From an uncultured Poribacteria bacterium (lineage in GTDB: Bacteria; Poribacteria; WGA-4E; WGA-3G): a stretch of DNA of 64,000 bases. Below the pieces are notes generated by a model, which saw nothing but the letters and a program-made list of their open reading frames with translations, ran no database searches and was not told the origin of the DNA. The position numbers and the translations under genes were made by a program. This document shows, in pieces, positions 9,801 through 19,416 of the stretch. The DNA lies in assembly GCA_951813565.1 (NCBI GenBank), contig OX638351.1:4416001-4480000 (forward strand). The letters run 5' to 3'. Position 1 is the first letter of the stretch, and every line of letters begins with the position of its first letter.

Positions 9801-11123
9801 TACTCGAATAATGTGCTCAAGCAGACGCATTTTACCTGCCACTTTCTTTTCGAATAGTTCTAAACTGGGAAATCGCCATACCGGAACTGGAATAGGTTTG
9901 CCATTTTCCATCATCGGATTTTGAGTAAAATACCCAGATGTCGCGTCAACAATACCGCGAAAATATAACGGATTCTGCGTGCCTGTTGCAACGTGGTACA
10001 CTTCAATCCCACCATTTTTTGAGATGGCTTCGGCAGCAGCTAACATTGCATTCACTACGAAATCAACAGGTATAATATCTAAAATTATATCTGGGTCGGC
10101 GGGAAAATCGGGGATACGCCCCTTGGCGAAACCGACTATCAACGGTTCAGACATCCGATATTTACCGAGCCATCCGGGACGCGGTTCAGCAATGCTACTT
10201 TCAATAATTGATGGGCGAATGATGGCAGTAGGGAGATCACCGCGCAATTCCATGATTACCTGTTCAGCAAGGAACTTCATATAGGTATAAGTGTCGTTCC
10301 ATCCGCGGAAGCGAGCGTGTTTTAGGCCTGCTTCAACAAGACGCGCTTCAAGCCAATCTGCTTTAGCTTCCTCAGTAAGTGCTTCAAGATTTTTCCGACT
10401 CCTGCGTTTATCTGCTTTCAATTGTCGTTGTGCGGTCTGTTGAAACTGAGATACTTTTTCTGGTGTTTCTGCTTCATCTCGGATTGTTTGGTTTAGCGTG
10501 AGCAGATAGTCGATTTCTTCTGAGAGTGTTGGGGGAATTGTGTTTTCATTTTTATCGTTATGTTGTTGTGCGAGCTGTTCGTAAGGTAGATGGAGTTCTT
10601 CTGGAACGCGTCCCGGTTTATCACCACAGACATAAGCAGTTGAAACATGTAAAAAAACCGCGTTGGAACAACCTTTAGCAAACGTCACCACATGTTTTGC
10701 AGCAAGTGCATTACCTTTTAGTGACGCATCAAATGGAGGATCAAAATCAACGAGTCCTGCGATATTAATAAAAACGTCTACTTCATTTTGGAGGCGTTCA
10801 TAGTCAGCATCGCTAAAGCCGAGGCGTTCATCTGTTAGTTCGCCTTCAATAGGCGTAATTCTTTCTGTAACCCACGCCTCAAAATTGGCGCCGTGCAGCC
10901 GACGCAACGCATCAAATACATCAGAAGTTAATAGTTCTTTTTTAAAACGATCTTGTGCAGAAGTGACTTTACCATTCGACTCAACCCGGCTTCGGATAAG
11001 AAGGTAGATTTTTTGAACATCTGGCAGAGAAGTTAGAATTTTGGCAACCATCGGTTGCCCAAGGAAGGCAGTGCCGCCTGTAATCAGTAATACCTTCCCA
11101 CGAAAAAAATCGGTTATTGACAT
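6867..11123 (-). CDS. Multidomain fatty acyl reductase / AMP-binding / ACP / acyltransferase (ElbD-like ether-lipid enzyme)
   Basis: N-terminal FAR (ITGGTAFLG, YTYMK, IIRPSII), AMP-binding domain (GYGMTE, TGDLG), ACP (LGLDSL), PlsC acyltransferase (NHTSHLD, FPEGTRS). Confidence 0.88.
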   Translation of the reverse strand: MSITDFFRGKVLLITGGTAFLGQPMVAKILTSLPDVQKIYLLIRSRVESNGKVTSAQDRFKKELLTSDVFDALRRLHGANFEAWVTERITPIEGELTDERLGFSDADYERLQNEVDVFINIAGLVDFDPPFDASLKGNALAAKHVVTFAKGCSNAVFLHVSTAYVCGDKPGRVPEELHLPYEQLAQQHNDKNENTIPPTLSEEIDYLLTLNQTIRDEAETPEKVSQFQQTAQRQLKADKRRSRKNLEALTEEAKADWLEARLVEAGLKHARFRGWNDTYTYMKFLAEQVIMELRGDLPTAIIRPSIIESSIAEPRPGWLGKYRMSEPLIVGFAKGRIPDFPADPDIILDIIPVDFVVNAMLAAAEAISKNGGIEVYHVATGTQNPLYFRGIVDATSGYFTQNPMMENGKPIPVPVWRFPSLELFEKKVAGKMRLLEHIIRVLTLLPTRSAKRKRRKLIVKQSGIKALLHYIRIYAPYTRTNFEFETEKMQALYDALSPIEQERFIFDVTQIRWQQYFQEIHIPGIKRHVLKLEDETSGISKRKEASSQEETDEYPAPAPNPIDSISPQTIVDLIEIQAKRIPDKIALQMVNDEDWERYTYAETYTRSRRAAFQLWNSGLRKGDRVVLVSENQPEWCIAYLAASQIGCAVVPLDAQTPTGEIAAIAEFTTAKAILVSDAVLANSGTQLADANILLKNINKFNDAANSDADIPKDFPDVKIDPDTVASIIFTMGTTVDAKGAMLTHGGFISNVKAVAKALPPTDEERILSALPLYHALSFSCSLLMALYSGTTATYVNAFRPTTLLKTMREDKTTAFISVPRLFQMLQSTIERQALREDTSGETLAEKAQAVMGGHVRVLVSGGAALSNAVYDGFQKFGLTLYQGYGMTETAPVLSVNPYLNSKRGSVGPAVEGVEFDIANPNSDGIGEIIAKGPSTMKGYYQNTQATEKAIRDGWLYTGDLGYIDEDGYLYITGHCKDIIVPASGKNIYPIELEVLYQNIPTISEICVVGIPYEDGSDTAIHAVIVPTDSNETTEVEIHNHLQKTAKQLPSYQQFHKTHLFQDTLPKTENGTIDRPRVKEQLVEYLADEHAAVVDEFDQRDSHPSENIPEEILSPLAQLARMPANKIHLHSHLAVDLGLDSLTRLDLLMLLESQLGQTIPDAMLINLETVKDVVELTQVFEKTESGQSNEATAKPMKLREKPHWYARAFRAGISTLYRHYFSFQCFGLENIPQGKPYIITPNHTSHLDTLTVITALGQESHRLWTLAARDYWFGSRIQGWFAHNCLNALPIERDGNFTRFMQDLRMANEVTEQNNGLLIFPEGTRSLDGKLQPFKPGFLSLLIYGQQVPIIPTYIKGTFEALPKGQNLPKKHPIQIVFGKPLLFDVSQKPADITENSEIYQEFLTELENRVAELRETLG

Positions 11124-11298
11124 AATTTCCTTTGCCTAATTCAGTATATAGTTCTCACCGATAGGACACTACAACGAGCCTGCCGGATTTACGTAAGTCT
11201 TGGTCAGTCACATCAAATAATTATTTGAAGGGTATCAAATTCAGATAAGTTGTACTTTAACATATACGACAATAAAAGTCAAGAGTATTGTACCCAGA

Positions 11299-11997
11299 GG
11301 GTGTGTAAAGTTTTTGTAGAAATCCGCACAACTCCTATTGTAGGGGCGAGTCTCCGGGGAATGCCAAAAGGCATTCGGACCCGGTGAATGACTAAAGACG
11401 AATGCGCCAAATCAACGGTATGAATGCCTGCTGGCATTCCCCGTATGGCATTCGCCATGGTTCATACCGTTGATTTCTTGATTTGGTGCCTGCCCGTTGC
11501 ATGGCACGTCCTGCGCAGTGGCGGGGCACCAAATCAACGGCATGAATGCCTTATGGCATTCCCCGGGACCCCGCCCATAGGCGTCAATTTAAGAACACAA
11601 TTACCAGATTGCCTCTTGTGGGAGGGCTTTATAAGCCCGATTTATATGTATTTATCGGGGTTGAAAACCCGCCAAATGCCAAAAAGCGCATTTGGCGTTG
11701 ATTTGGCAGCATGCCACACGCGCATGCTGCGTTGATTTGGACAAATGCCAAAAGCAGAATCAACGCCGAGCGCGCGTATGGCACTCGTCGCATTTGGCGT
11801 TGATTTGGCAGCATGCCGGACGCGCATGCTGCGTTGATTCGCTCCCACAAGAGGGTATATCCTTAAATTGACGGCTATGGGGCACCAAATCAACGGTATG
11901 AATGCCTTATGGCATTCCCCGGGACCCCGCTCTACAGTGGAAAACGCCGCGTAATCATTGCAAATTGAACCTATGTAACCCAAATATTTACACACGG
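11299..11997. mobile_element. GGGTGTGTAAA-ended MITE, large nested copy (about 699 bp)
   Basis: Inverted homologue of 59241-59905 and 39610-39858; right end degenerate (TTTACACACGG); no target duplication seen. Confidence 0.85.
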
Positions 11998-12139
11998 TTT
12001 AGTGAAAAGAGATTTGACAAATACTTCGCAGGTGATTATAATAGCACGATATATTTTAGAAATCTGTCTTGTAAAATGCATCTTGGTAGCGATATTTAAC
12101 CAATTCAAACACATAGCAATCTCAAGGACATGTGCGTTT

Positions 12140-13321
12140 ATGTTAGCAGAACAAAAATTAGAGTTTCTAAAGAAAACTGAACTTTTTGCAGAACTCTCGA
12201 AAGCGGATTTAAAATCAATTAGTGATATCGTACAAGAGGTGGTTTACCCAGCAGATCATACCCTTTTTGAGGAAGGGGATGAGGGCGATTCACTTTATCT
12301 GCTTGTTGACGGAGAAATTAGCATCATAAAAGCAGAGACTGAAGTCTTATCTTTTAATGAGGAGGGGTATTGTTTTGGTGAAGTTGCCCTGATTGACGAT
12401 AAACCGAGAAGTGCAACGATTAAAACGACTACCTCAACCTGTCTCCTGCGAATCACACGGAACGATTTTTATCAAGCAATGGCGCGAGAACCGCTGATTG
12501 GCAGAGGTATGTTTCGGGTACTGAATAATAAAATTCGCCATGATCTTGAAATTCAGATGAGTGCGATTCGAAAGGAGATCGCACAAGAGGAGTCGATGCG
12601 TCTTGCCGCTGAAGTCCAACAATCAATCTTGCCAAACGAAGAGGTTGCGCATCCCTGTTTAACCTCCGCTGGATATTGCCAACCGACAAACAGTGTTGGT
12701 GGTGATTATTATGATTATCTTTATCTGCCAGACAATCGAGTTGGGATATTTATCGGTGATGTAATGGGGCATGGGTTTCATTCCGCGATGGTCGCTGCGA
12801 TGACAAAAAGCGGCATACAAACGCAAATCCGTTTTGACGCTTCAGTGCCTGAGGTGATGATGGCTGTGAAACGGGTTACTGAGGAAGATGCACAAACTTT
12901 TATCTATATGACATGCTGTTATGTCATTATCCATCAGGATAATCGGCTTGAGTTTGCTAATGCGGGGCATCCAGCAATGCTTCTTTTTCGGACGCACAGT
13001 GGAGCGTGTATTGAATTAGAATCACAATTTTCGCCAGTAGGTATTGCGCTGCCACATGATAAACCGGGAACGCAATACCATAGTACTGAAGCGAGATGGG
13101 AGCCCGGCGATTTACTTGTGCTTTATTCAGACGGTATCACCGAAGCCTTTAATGCAGATACTGAAATGTATGGAATTGAACGACTCAAAAATCTTTTGTC
13201 TCAGAAGCAGCATCTGCCTGCTGCTGAAATCAGGAAGGAGATTCTGTCTGACCTTGAGACACATCAACAAGGTGAAAACCCACATGATGACATTACGTTG
13301 GTAGTCGCGAAATTTCTTTAG
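12140..13321 (+). CDS. Cyclic-nucleotide-binding domain plus SpoIIE/PP2C phosphatase
   Basis: FEEGDEGDSLY, FGEVALIDDKPRSAT; GGDYYD, GDVMGHG, NAGHP, YSDGITE, DDITLV; start set at MLAEQ (12140). Confidence 0.9.
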   Translation: MLAEQKLEFLKKTELFAELSKADLKSISDIVQEVVYPADHTLFEEGDEGDSLYLLVDGEISIIKAETEVLSFNEEGYCFGEVALIDDKPRSATIKTTTSTCLLRITRNDFYQAMAREPLIGRGMFRVLNNKIRHDLEIQMSAIRKEIAQEESMRLAAEVQQSILPNEEVAHPCLTSAGYCQPTNSVGGDYYDYLYLPDNRVGIFIGDVMGHGFHSAMVAAMTKSGIQTQIRFDASVPEVMMAVKRVTEEDAQTFIYMTCCYVIIHQDNRLEFANAGHPAMLLFRTHSGACIELESQFSPVGIALPHDKPGTQYHSTEARWEPGDLLVLYSDGITEAFNADTEMYGIERLKNLLSQKQHLPAAEIRKEILSDLETHQQGENPHDDITLVVAKFL

Positions 13322-13350
13322 GTGTAAGTATACTGATTGGATTACCGATT

Positions 13351-14550
13351 CTACCGCTCAATTTTATTTGCAGCGTAATGCATTATGTTTTCCATAAGTT
13401 CCTTGTTCATAGAAACCGTATATTGATTATCATTTCGAAGACTGGTAATGATGTAAAGCCCTTTTCCATATCGTCGTGCGCCGATAACGAGTTCGTCGCG
13501 TTCTTGGGTAGTCGCAAAAACTTCATCGCTCTTATCCCAACCTACCCAAGCGTCGTCAACATAAATTTTTCCTGACTGAATTTTATTGGGTGTTGAGAAA
13601 AGAGTAGTTTCTTTGTTGGTAACTTTAAAAAACCTATCTGGTGGACTTTCAACGCCTGTTAATTTGCCCTGTAACCATCCAACACTACAAGGTTTTTGCA
13701 TAGTACTGTCTTGTCCCGAAACGACAACAATACCACCATTTTTGACGAAGTTTTTAATTTCTTTCTCTGTTTTTTGAGAAAGGAGGTGGCGACCAAAACT
13801 TGAAATCTCTTCGTACCCGATCCATAACATATCGGCATCTTGTAAGTTCGGTAGCGTGCGTATTTTGGTAGCTTCATAAGCCAATTGGCGCTTTCCAATC
13901 TTTCTAATGTTTCGCAAAGCTTGGTATTCATACGTCATGGAGTTGGTATAAACATGCGTCTGCCCCCAAGTTGGAGAAGTGCTATTACCTGTCAAAACCA
14001 GTATTTTTAATGCGTCCTTGGTAGCGGTAACCCACATTTTGCCATCTAACATGTCGCGAACAGCTTTTTGAAAAGTTTTTGTTTTACCTTCAAACGTTCG
14101 GTTCATCATCGGATCAATGTGTGTAAAACTCCACCATGAACTGCCGCTTCTGCCTCGATATGCACGCATTTGAAACCATGTGTCATCAATAAAACACATA
14201 CTATCAATACCGTAATGGTCTCGATAAAAAACAATGATTGGCATGCCCTGTTTAAGTAGTCGTACCATCTTTTGTGGTGAGGTGCCTTGTTTATATTGTC
14301 CGGTTTGAAAATTCATTTTAATTTCTCGTAGATTACTTTTTCCCTTTACGTCTTCATTGACTTTAATAGTTGCTTGTAATCTCCGAGTGTTGACAGTTTT
14401 AACTTCACCAAAAACGATATTTGTGCAAGCATCAAGAACTTCACGAATTGTATATTCACGTTCAATAAACCCAAGCGCGGGTGATGAAGCAAGGAAACCG
14501 ATAAGAAATAGGGAAATAATCAATGTTGTTAGGACACGTGTAAAACGCAT
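13351..14550 (-). CDS. Secreted hypothetical protein
   Basis: GGAGG RBS before MRFTRV; signal peptide; C-terminal half resembles a class I GATase-like fold (FVKNGGIVVV). Confidence 0.7.
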   Translation of the reverse strand: MRFTRVLTTLIISLFLIGFLASSPALGFIEREYTIREVLDACTNIVFGEVKTVNTRRLQATIKVNEDVKGKSNLREIKMNFQTGQYKQGTSPQKMVRLLKQGMPIIVFYRDHYGIDSMCFIDDTWFQMRAYRGRSGSSWWSFTHIDPMMNRTFEGKTKTFQKAVRDMLDGKMWVTATKDALKILVLTGNSTSPTWGQTHVYTNSMTYEYQALRNIRKIGKRQLAYEATKIRTLPNLQDADMLWIGYEEISSFGRHLLSQKTEKEIKNFVKNGGIVVVSGQDSTMQKPCSVGWLQGKLTGVESPPDRFFKVTNKETTLFSTPNKIQSGKIYVDDAWVGWDKSDEVFATTQERDELVIGARRYGKGLYIITSLRNDNQYTVSMNKELMENIMHYAANKIER

Positions 14551-14630
14551 TTTCAGACCTCCATCAGTAACAGGTATTTTATAAAAGTTTATCATATTTT
14601 ATGCAAATTGACAATGATTTTGTTAATTTG

Positions 14631-14878
14631 GGGTGTGTAAAGTTTTGTCACTAATCACCTTTAGAAATTTTAATTTGACAAACATACTTATTTGTGTTAA
14701 TATAATTATCACATAACAATAATTGGAGATGCCCATAGAACAAAGAGAGAAAATAAAAAAACTAAAAATCACGTCACATTCCTTGTACCACTTGACATTA
14801 GCACGTCACTAGGACGTGCAAAACGTCCTAATTACAACCTACAAATGTCCTACGGACAATGACAAAAACTTTACACCC
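14631..14878. mobile_element. Degenerate GGGTGTGTAAAG-ended MITE upstream of the defence island
   Basis: Left end GGGTGTGTAAAGTTTTGTCA, right end TGACAAAAACTTTACACCC (2 nt short); interior unrelated to the other copies. Confidence 0.6.
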
Positions 14879-14936
14879 AAATAATACGACATTTTTTTGC
14901 CTGATGTGGTATAATTAAAGGAGGTGGAATATATTT

Positions 14937-16202
14937 ATGTGCAACAAACTTAATTACCTTGATCTCTTTGCTGGAGCTGGAGGACTTTCTGAAGGATTTA
15001 TCCGCGCTGGGTTTAATCCCATAGCACACGTTGAGATGGATCCAGCCGCTTGCTTTACGCTTAAGACCCGGATGGCATACCATTCGCTAAAAGAAAATGA
15101 TGATTTAGATCAATATGCCGATTATCTGAAAGGTGATATTAAAAGGAAAGAATTTTATAATTCGGTATCAGATACAGTGATCAATTCTGTTATTGACGCT
15201 GAGATTGGGGAGAAAACTCTGCCAGACATTTTCCACAAAATTGATAATTTATTGGGGAGTCAAAAAGTTGATTTGATTATCGGGGGACCACCTTGTCAGG
15301 CATATTCGGTTGTAGGACGAGCGCGTTCTCCGAATGGAATGAAGGGAGACAAACGGAATGATTTATATGTCTTCTATGCGGAATTTTTAGAAAAATACGA
15401 GCCTAAATATTTTGTGTTTGAAAATGTCCCTGGTCTGCTGTCTGCCACAGATGAAAAAGGTGAATCCTATTTAGATCTTATGCTAGATCTGTTCCACGAG
15501 TATAGGTATGAAACAAAACCCAAAACACTGTTAGCAAGTGATTATGGAGTTCCGCAAAACAGAAAAAGAGTATTCCTTGTTGGAAAGAGAGATTCAACCA
15601 TAGACATCTACCCTGAACCAGATAGATGTGCTTCAGATATTCTTGTAGAAGATATTCTCGCCGATTTACCTGCTCTCAAATCTGGTGAGGGTAATATAAA
15701 ATCCTGCAATCTAAATTCAGAGTATCATCCTTGGCTGCATGACGTAGGTATACGGAATAATACACTTCCGGTAACATTTCATCAAGCACGTCCCAACAAC
15801 GAACAAGATCTTGAGATTTACAAAATTGCAGTTATGCTTTGGGAAGAACAAAAGATACCTCTTAAGTATAATGAACTTCGTGACGAATTAAAAACGCACA
15901 AGAACAAGGAATCTTTTTTGAACAGATTCAAGGTTGTTGAAGCGGATTCTCCCTATTCACATACTGTAGTTGCTCACATTGCAATGGACGGTCATTATTA
16001 TATTCATCCAGATATTGAGCAGAATCGTTCTCTTACACCGAGAGAAGCGGCAAGGCTACAGACATTTCCGGATGACTATTACTTTGAAAGCCGTAATGGA
16101 AGAGCTTACCGGACCACTGCTTACCGTCAAATTGGGAATGCGGTTCCTGTGCTTCTTGCACAAAAAATTGCGGGAAAGTTAAAGGAGAATTGGGAATCAT
16201 GA
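14937..16202 (+). CDS. DNA (cytosine-5)-methyltransferase
   Basis: DLFAGAGG, GGPPCQ, ENVPG, QNRKRVF, REAARLQTFPD, QIGNAVP. Confidence 0.96.
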   Translation: MCNKLNYLDLFAGAGGLSEGFIRAGFNPIAHVEMDPAACFTLKTRMAYHSLKENDDLDQYADYLKGDIKRKEFYNSVSDTVINSVIDAEIGEKTLPDIFHKIDNLLGSQKVDLIIGGPPCQAYSVVGRARSPNGMKGDKRNDLYVFYAEFLEKYEPKYFVFENVPGLLSATDEKGESYLDLMLDLFHEYRYETKPKTLLASDYGVPQNRKRVFLVGKRDSTIDIYPEPDRCASDILVEDILADLPALKSGEGNIKSCNLNSEYHPWLHDVGIRNNTLPVTFHQARPNNEQDLEIYKIAVMLWEEQKIPLKYNELRDELKTHKNKESFLNRFKVVEADSPYSHTVVAHIAMDGHYYIHPDIEQNRSLTPREAARLQTFPDDYYFESRNGRAYRTTAYRQIGNAVPVLLAQKIAGKLKENWES

Positions 16203-18358
16203 ACAACGACATAACCTATAAGATCAGACCTGCGGGACGGCATATTCTGACTATTGGTCGAGATCTCATTCAGGATAATTATGCGGCTGTTATTGAATTA
16301 GTAAAAAACGCTTATGATGCAGATTCTCCGTATGTCAACATAGAATTTAGAGCAGCTTCTAATCTTAGTAGATATACTATCATCATCTCTGATCATGGGC
16401 ACGGTATGTCCAGAAATGATGTCATAAACAAGTGGCTTGTTCCATCAACGCAAGATAAACGTGTAAATAATAGAAGCCTTTCAGGAAGAATCATGCAGGG
16501 AAGCAAAGGAGTAGGACGTTATGCGGCTTCTATTCTTGGTGACGATCTACTGCTTGAAACTGTGACCAATAATGGTGAAAAAACAACAGTTTATGTTAAA
16601 TGGTCTGATTTTGCGAAAGCGAAATACCTAAATGATGTGGATATATTAGTTGAAACAGTGGAGACATCTGAACCTACAAGTACTGTCATAACTATCAACG
16701 GAGATGTAGAGTTACTATCGGAATGGAATAAGGATCGATTTGAAAAACTTCGATTTGAACTGAAAAAATTGACATCCCCAATGAGTAATATTCTTTCTAA
16801 TGAAGATAGCGTTGATAAATTCAGTATCAGCTTGACAGTTGAGGGATTTCCCGGTGTGGAAAATGTCAATGAAACTATTGAGCCGTACCCACTTTTTGAA
16901 CTTTTTGACTACAAAATTTCAGGCACCGTAGATGCAAACGGTGAAGTAGTGCTGACGTACTCTTCACAGAAAGCTCGAAACACTACTGAGGAAAAAATCG
17001 CTTTCAATTTAGGGAAAAAAACTGGGTGCGGCAAACTTGATATTGATATTCGCGTGTTTGACCGTGAGAAGGAAGCTATCGCTGCTTTGACTGAACGAGG
17101 ACTCAAAGAGGAATCCGAAAGTCCTTTTGGAAAGCTTACAGCAAGACAACTTCTAAATTACTACAATGGGGTTGGTGTTTATCGGAATGGATTTCGCATT
17201 CGACCACTCGGCGATGCGGGTTACGATTGGTTAAAACTGAACGCAAGGCGTGTAAATAACCCTACCCTTCGGATTGGCAATAATCAAGTAATCGGTTTTG
17301 TCCAAATTCAGTCGGCGGATGAATCCGGTTTAATTGAAAAAAGTGCAAGGGATGGACTCAAGGAAAATGCAGCTTTCAATCGGCTTCAAGAAATTACAAA
17401 GGAAGTTATATCAGAACTTGAAACAAGACGTTTCAGATACAGAAAAGACGCGGGACTGAGTCGCACCAAATTCAAAATAGAGCAGAATCTACAAGGTCTT
17501 TTTTCGTATGATGACTTAAAACAAAATGTTAAGAATCGGCTTAGTAATAAAGCCATAAGTCAGACAACCACTGAAGAAATTATTGATCTTATTGATAAAG
17601 ATGCGCAAGAAAAAAATAAGGTAGCAGAGGAAGTTCGTCAAGCTGTTGCTGTTTATCAAGGACAAGCTACCTTGGGAAAAATCATCAATGTTATTCTACA
17701 TGAAGGCAGACACCCTCTGAACTACTTCCGAAACCGAATACCTTTTCTCAAACGTAGATATGAATTATATCAAAAATATCAGAATTCGGTAGACCTTGAA
17801 AAAATCATGGATATTGTGAATGGGATTGCTTATAATTCAGAATTATTGGGAAATCTTTTTAGTAGACTTGATCCTTTGGCGGCTGCTAGACGCTCACGAA
17901 GAAAATCTTTTAAATTGAAACAGACAATTGAAAAGTGTCTTTCTGTCTTTGAAAATGAAATGAATATTCACAATATATTTCTAGAAATAATAGGGCCTGA
18001 CGACTTCAAATTTTCAGGATGGTCCCAGGACCTCTACGCGATCTTCACTAATCTGGTTGATAATAGCATTTATTGGATCTGCGAGAAAAATGTTGCCGTG
18101 CGAAAGATTAAAATTCTACTCAAAATGAAGAATAATACCCTGGATTATATTGACTACCATGACACAGGTCCTGGGATTGAACCTGATCTAATTGAAAGCG
18201 AAGTTATCTTTGAACCACACTTTTCTACTAAACCTGATGGAATAGGGCTAGGATTAGCGATCGCAGGTGAAGCAGCGGAAAGAAATGGTTTTAAATTGAA
18301 AGCTATTGAATCTGAAGAAGGAGCCCATTTTATACTTCAACCAAAAATGGAGATTTAA
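16199..18358 (+). CDS. MORC/MutL-type GHKL ATPase fused to a C-terminal histidine kinase
   Basis: N-terminal ELVKNAYDAD, DHGHGMS, GSKGVGR; C-terminal H-box (ILHEGRHPL), N-box (NLVDNS), DTGPGI, FSTK, GIGLGL; ATGA overlap with the methyltransferase stop. Confidence 0.88.
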   Translation: MNNDITYKIRPAGRHILTIGRDLIQDNYAAVIELVKNAYDADSPYVNIEFRAASNLSRYTIIISDHGHGMSRNDVINKWLVPSTQDKRVNNRSLSGRIMQGSKGVGRYAASILGDDLLLETVTNNGEKTTVYVKWSDFAKAKYLNDVDILVETVETSEPTSTVITINGDVELLSEWNKDRFEKLRFELKKLTSPMSNILSNEDSVDKFSISLTVEGFPGVENVNETIEPYPLFELFDYKISGTVDANGEVVLTYSSQKARNTTEEKIAFNLGKKTGCGKLDIDIRVFDREKEAIAALTERGLKEESESPFGKLTARQLLNYYNGVGVYRNGFRIRPLGDAGYDWLKLNARRVNNPTLRIGNNQVIGFVQIQSADESGLIEKSARDGLKENAAFNRLQEITKEVISELETRRFRYRKDAGLSRTKFKIEQNLQGLFSYDDLKQNVKNRLSNKAISQTTTEEIIDLIDKDAQEKNKVAEEVRQAVAVYQGQATLGKIINVILHEGRHPLNYFRNRIPFLKRRYELYQKYQNSVDLEKIMDIVNGIAYNSELLGNLFSRLDPLAAARRSRRKSFKLKQTIEKCLSVFENEMNIHNIFLEIIGPDDFKFSGWSQDLYAIFTNLVDNSIYWICEKNVAVRKIKILLKMKNNTLDYIDYHDTGPGIEPDLIESEVIFEPHFSTKPDGIGLGLAIAGEAAERNGFKLKAIESEEGAHFILQPKMEI

Positions 18359-18360
18359 AG

Positions 18361-19416
18361 GTGAGCACATTAAGGTTACTTTTAGTAGAAGATTCAGAAC
18401 AAGAGCTTGAAATCCTTAGAGATATTTCTGAAGAATACATTCACGAGAAGAAGCGAAAAATAGATATAGTCGAATGTAAAACGTTGGAGGAAGCATTAAA
18501 CACATTAGATAATTCCTTTGATGGTGCAATTATTGACTTGAAACTTGCTGACCAAGGTGATGAAGGAAATAAGATTGTAAAAAAGATTGTAGAGTCTTTT
18601 TTTCGGATTCCAATTGCTATCCTTACAGCAATCCCAGGTAATTGGGATGAAAGCTTAAATGAAGAGATTATGCTTATGGATGTTTTCGTAAAAGGTGAAG
18701 TAGAATATGTTGAAATTTTAGACAGATTTTGGGAAATTTACAATACAGGGCTCACACGTATCATGGGGGGCAGAGGCAAAATTGAGATTGCTCTCAATAA
18801 GGTTTTCCTCAAAAATCTGAAGCCACAGATAAAGACATGGATATCTTATGGTGAAGAAAATTCTGAACGAACCGAAAGATCTCTCCTCCGTTACACCCTG
18901 AATCATTTATTTCAACTTCTTGAAGAAGATGGAGAAAGTTGTTTTGTGGAGGAATTTTATTTGTCCCCACCTGCCACAGATAAGATTACCACAGGCAGTA
19001 TTGTAAAAGAAAAGACTACCGATCAACCTTTTTTAGTTCTGAGTCCGGCGTGCGATCTTGTCATTAGAAAAAATGGTAAAAGCAACACAAATTTTATTCT
19101 TTTGGCTAGTATTGAAAGTATGGACGATGTGCTCAATGGTAAAAAGAGTAAAGGTAGCGTTAAGGAACTATGTACTAATAGGCGAGCATATTACCATTGG
19201 CTACCAGAAACTAAATTTTTTGATGGTGGAATCATAAATTTCAGGAAATTAATAACTTTCCAAAAAGATGTTTTTGACGAAAATTTTGGAAAACCTACTA
19301 TTCAAATATCTCCCTTCTTCATAAAGGATATTGTATCGCGCTTTTCTTCATACTATGCACGGCAAGGTCAACCCGAAATAGATAGTGAGGATTTTATTAC
19401 CCGCTACACGTCCTGA
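18361..19416 (+). CDS. Response-regulator receiver domain fused to an uncharacterised C-terminal domain
   Basis: LLLVEDSE, AIIDLKL, IAILT, FVKG; C-terminal VLSPACDL and RFSSYYARQG; no recognisable HTH; 2 bp after the kinase gene. Confidence 0.8.
   Translation: MSTLRLLLVEDSEQELEILRDISEEYIHEKKRKIDIVECKTLEEALNTLDNSFDGAIIDLKLADQGDEGNKIVKKIVESFFRIPIAILTAIPGNWDESLNEEIMLMDVFVKGEVEYVEILDRFWEIYNTGLTRIMGGRGKIEIALNKVFLKNLKPQIKTWISYGEENSERTERSLLRYTLNHLFQLLEEDGESCFVEEFYLSPPATDKITTGSIVKEKTTDQPFLVLSPACDLVIRKNGKSNTNFILLASIESMDDVLNGKKSKGSVKELCTNRRAYYHWLPETKFFDGGIINFRKLITFQKDVFDENFGKPTIQISPFFIKDIVSRFSSYYARQGQPEIDSEDFITRYTS

Noticed and set aside
11299..11997. CRISPR array, suggested by recurring 35-bp palindromic repeats here and at 45.4 and 59.3 kb
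   Set aside because: Units occur in both orientations, are nested, have no regular unique spacers, and no cas genes are present.
12002..12139. N-terminal extension of the cNMP-PP2C ORF; likewise 40969-41088 of the ABC ATPase
   Set aside because: The extensions run through intergenic or repeat DNA; the domains begin at later ATGs.
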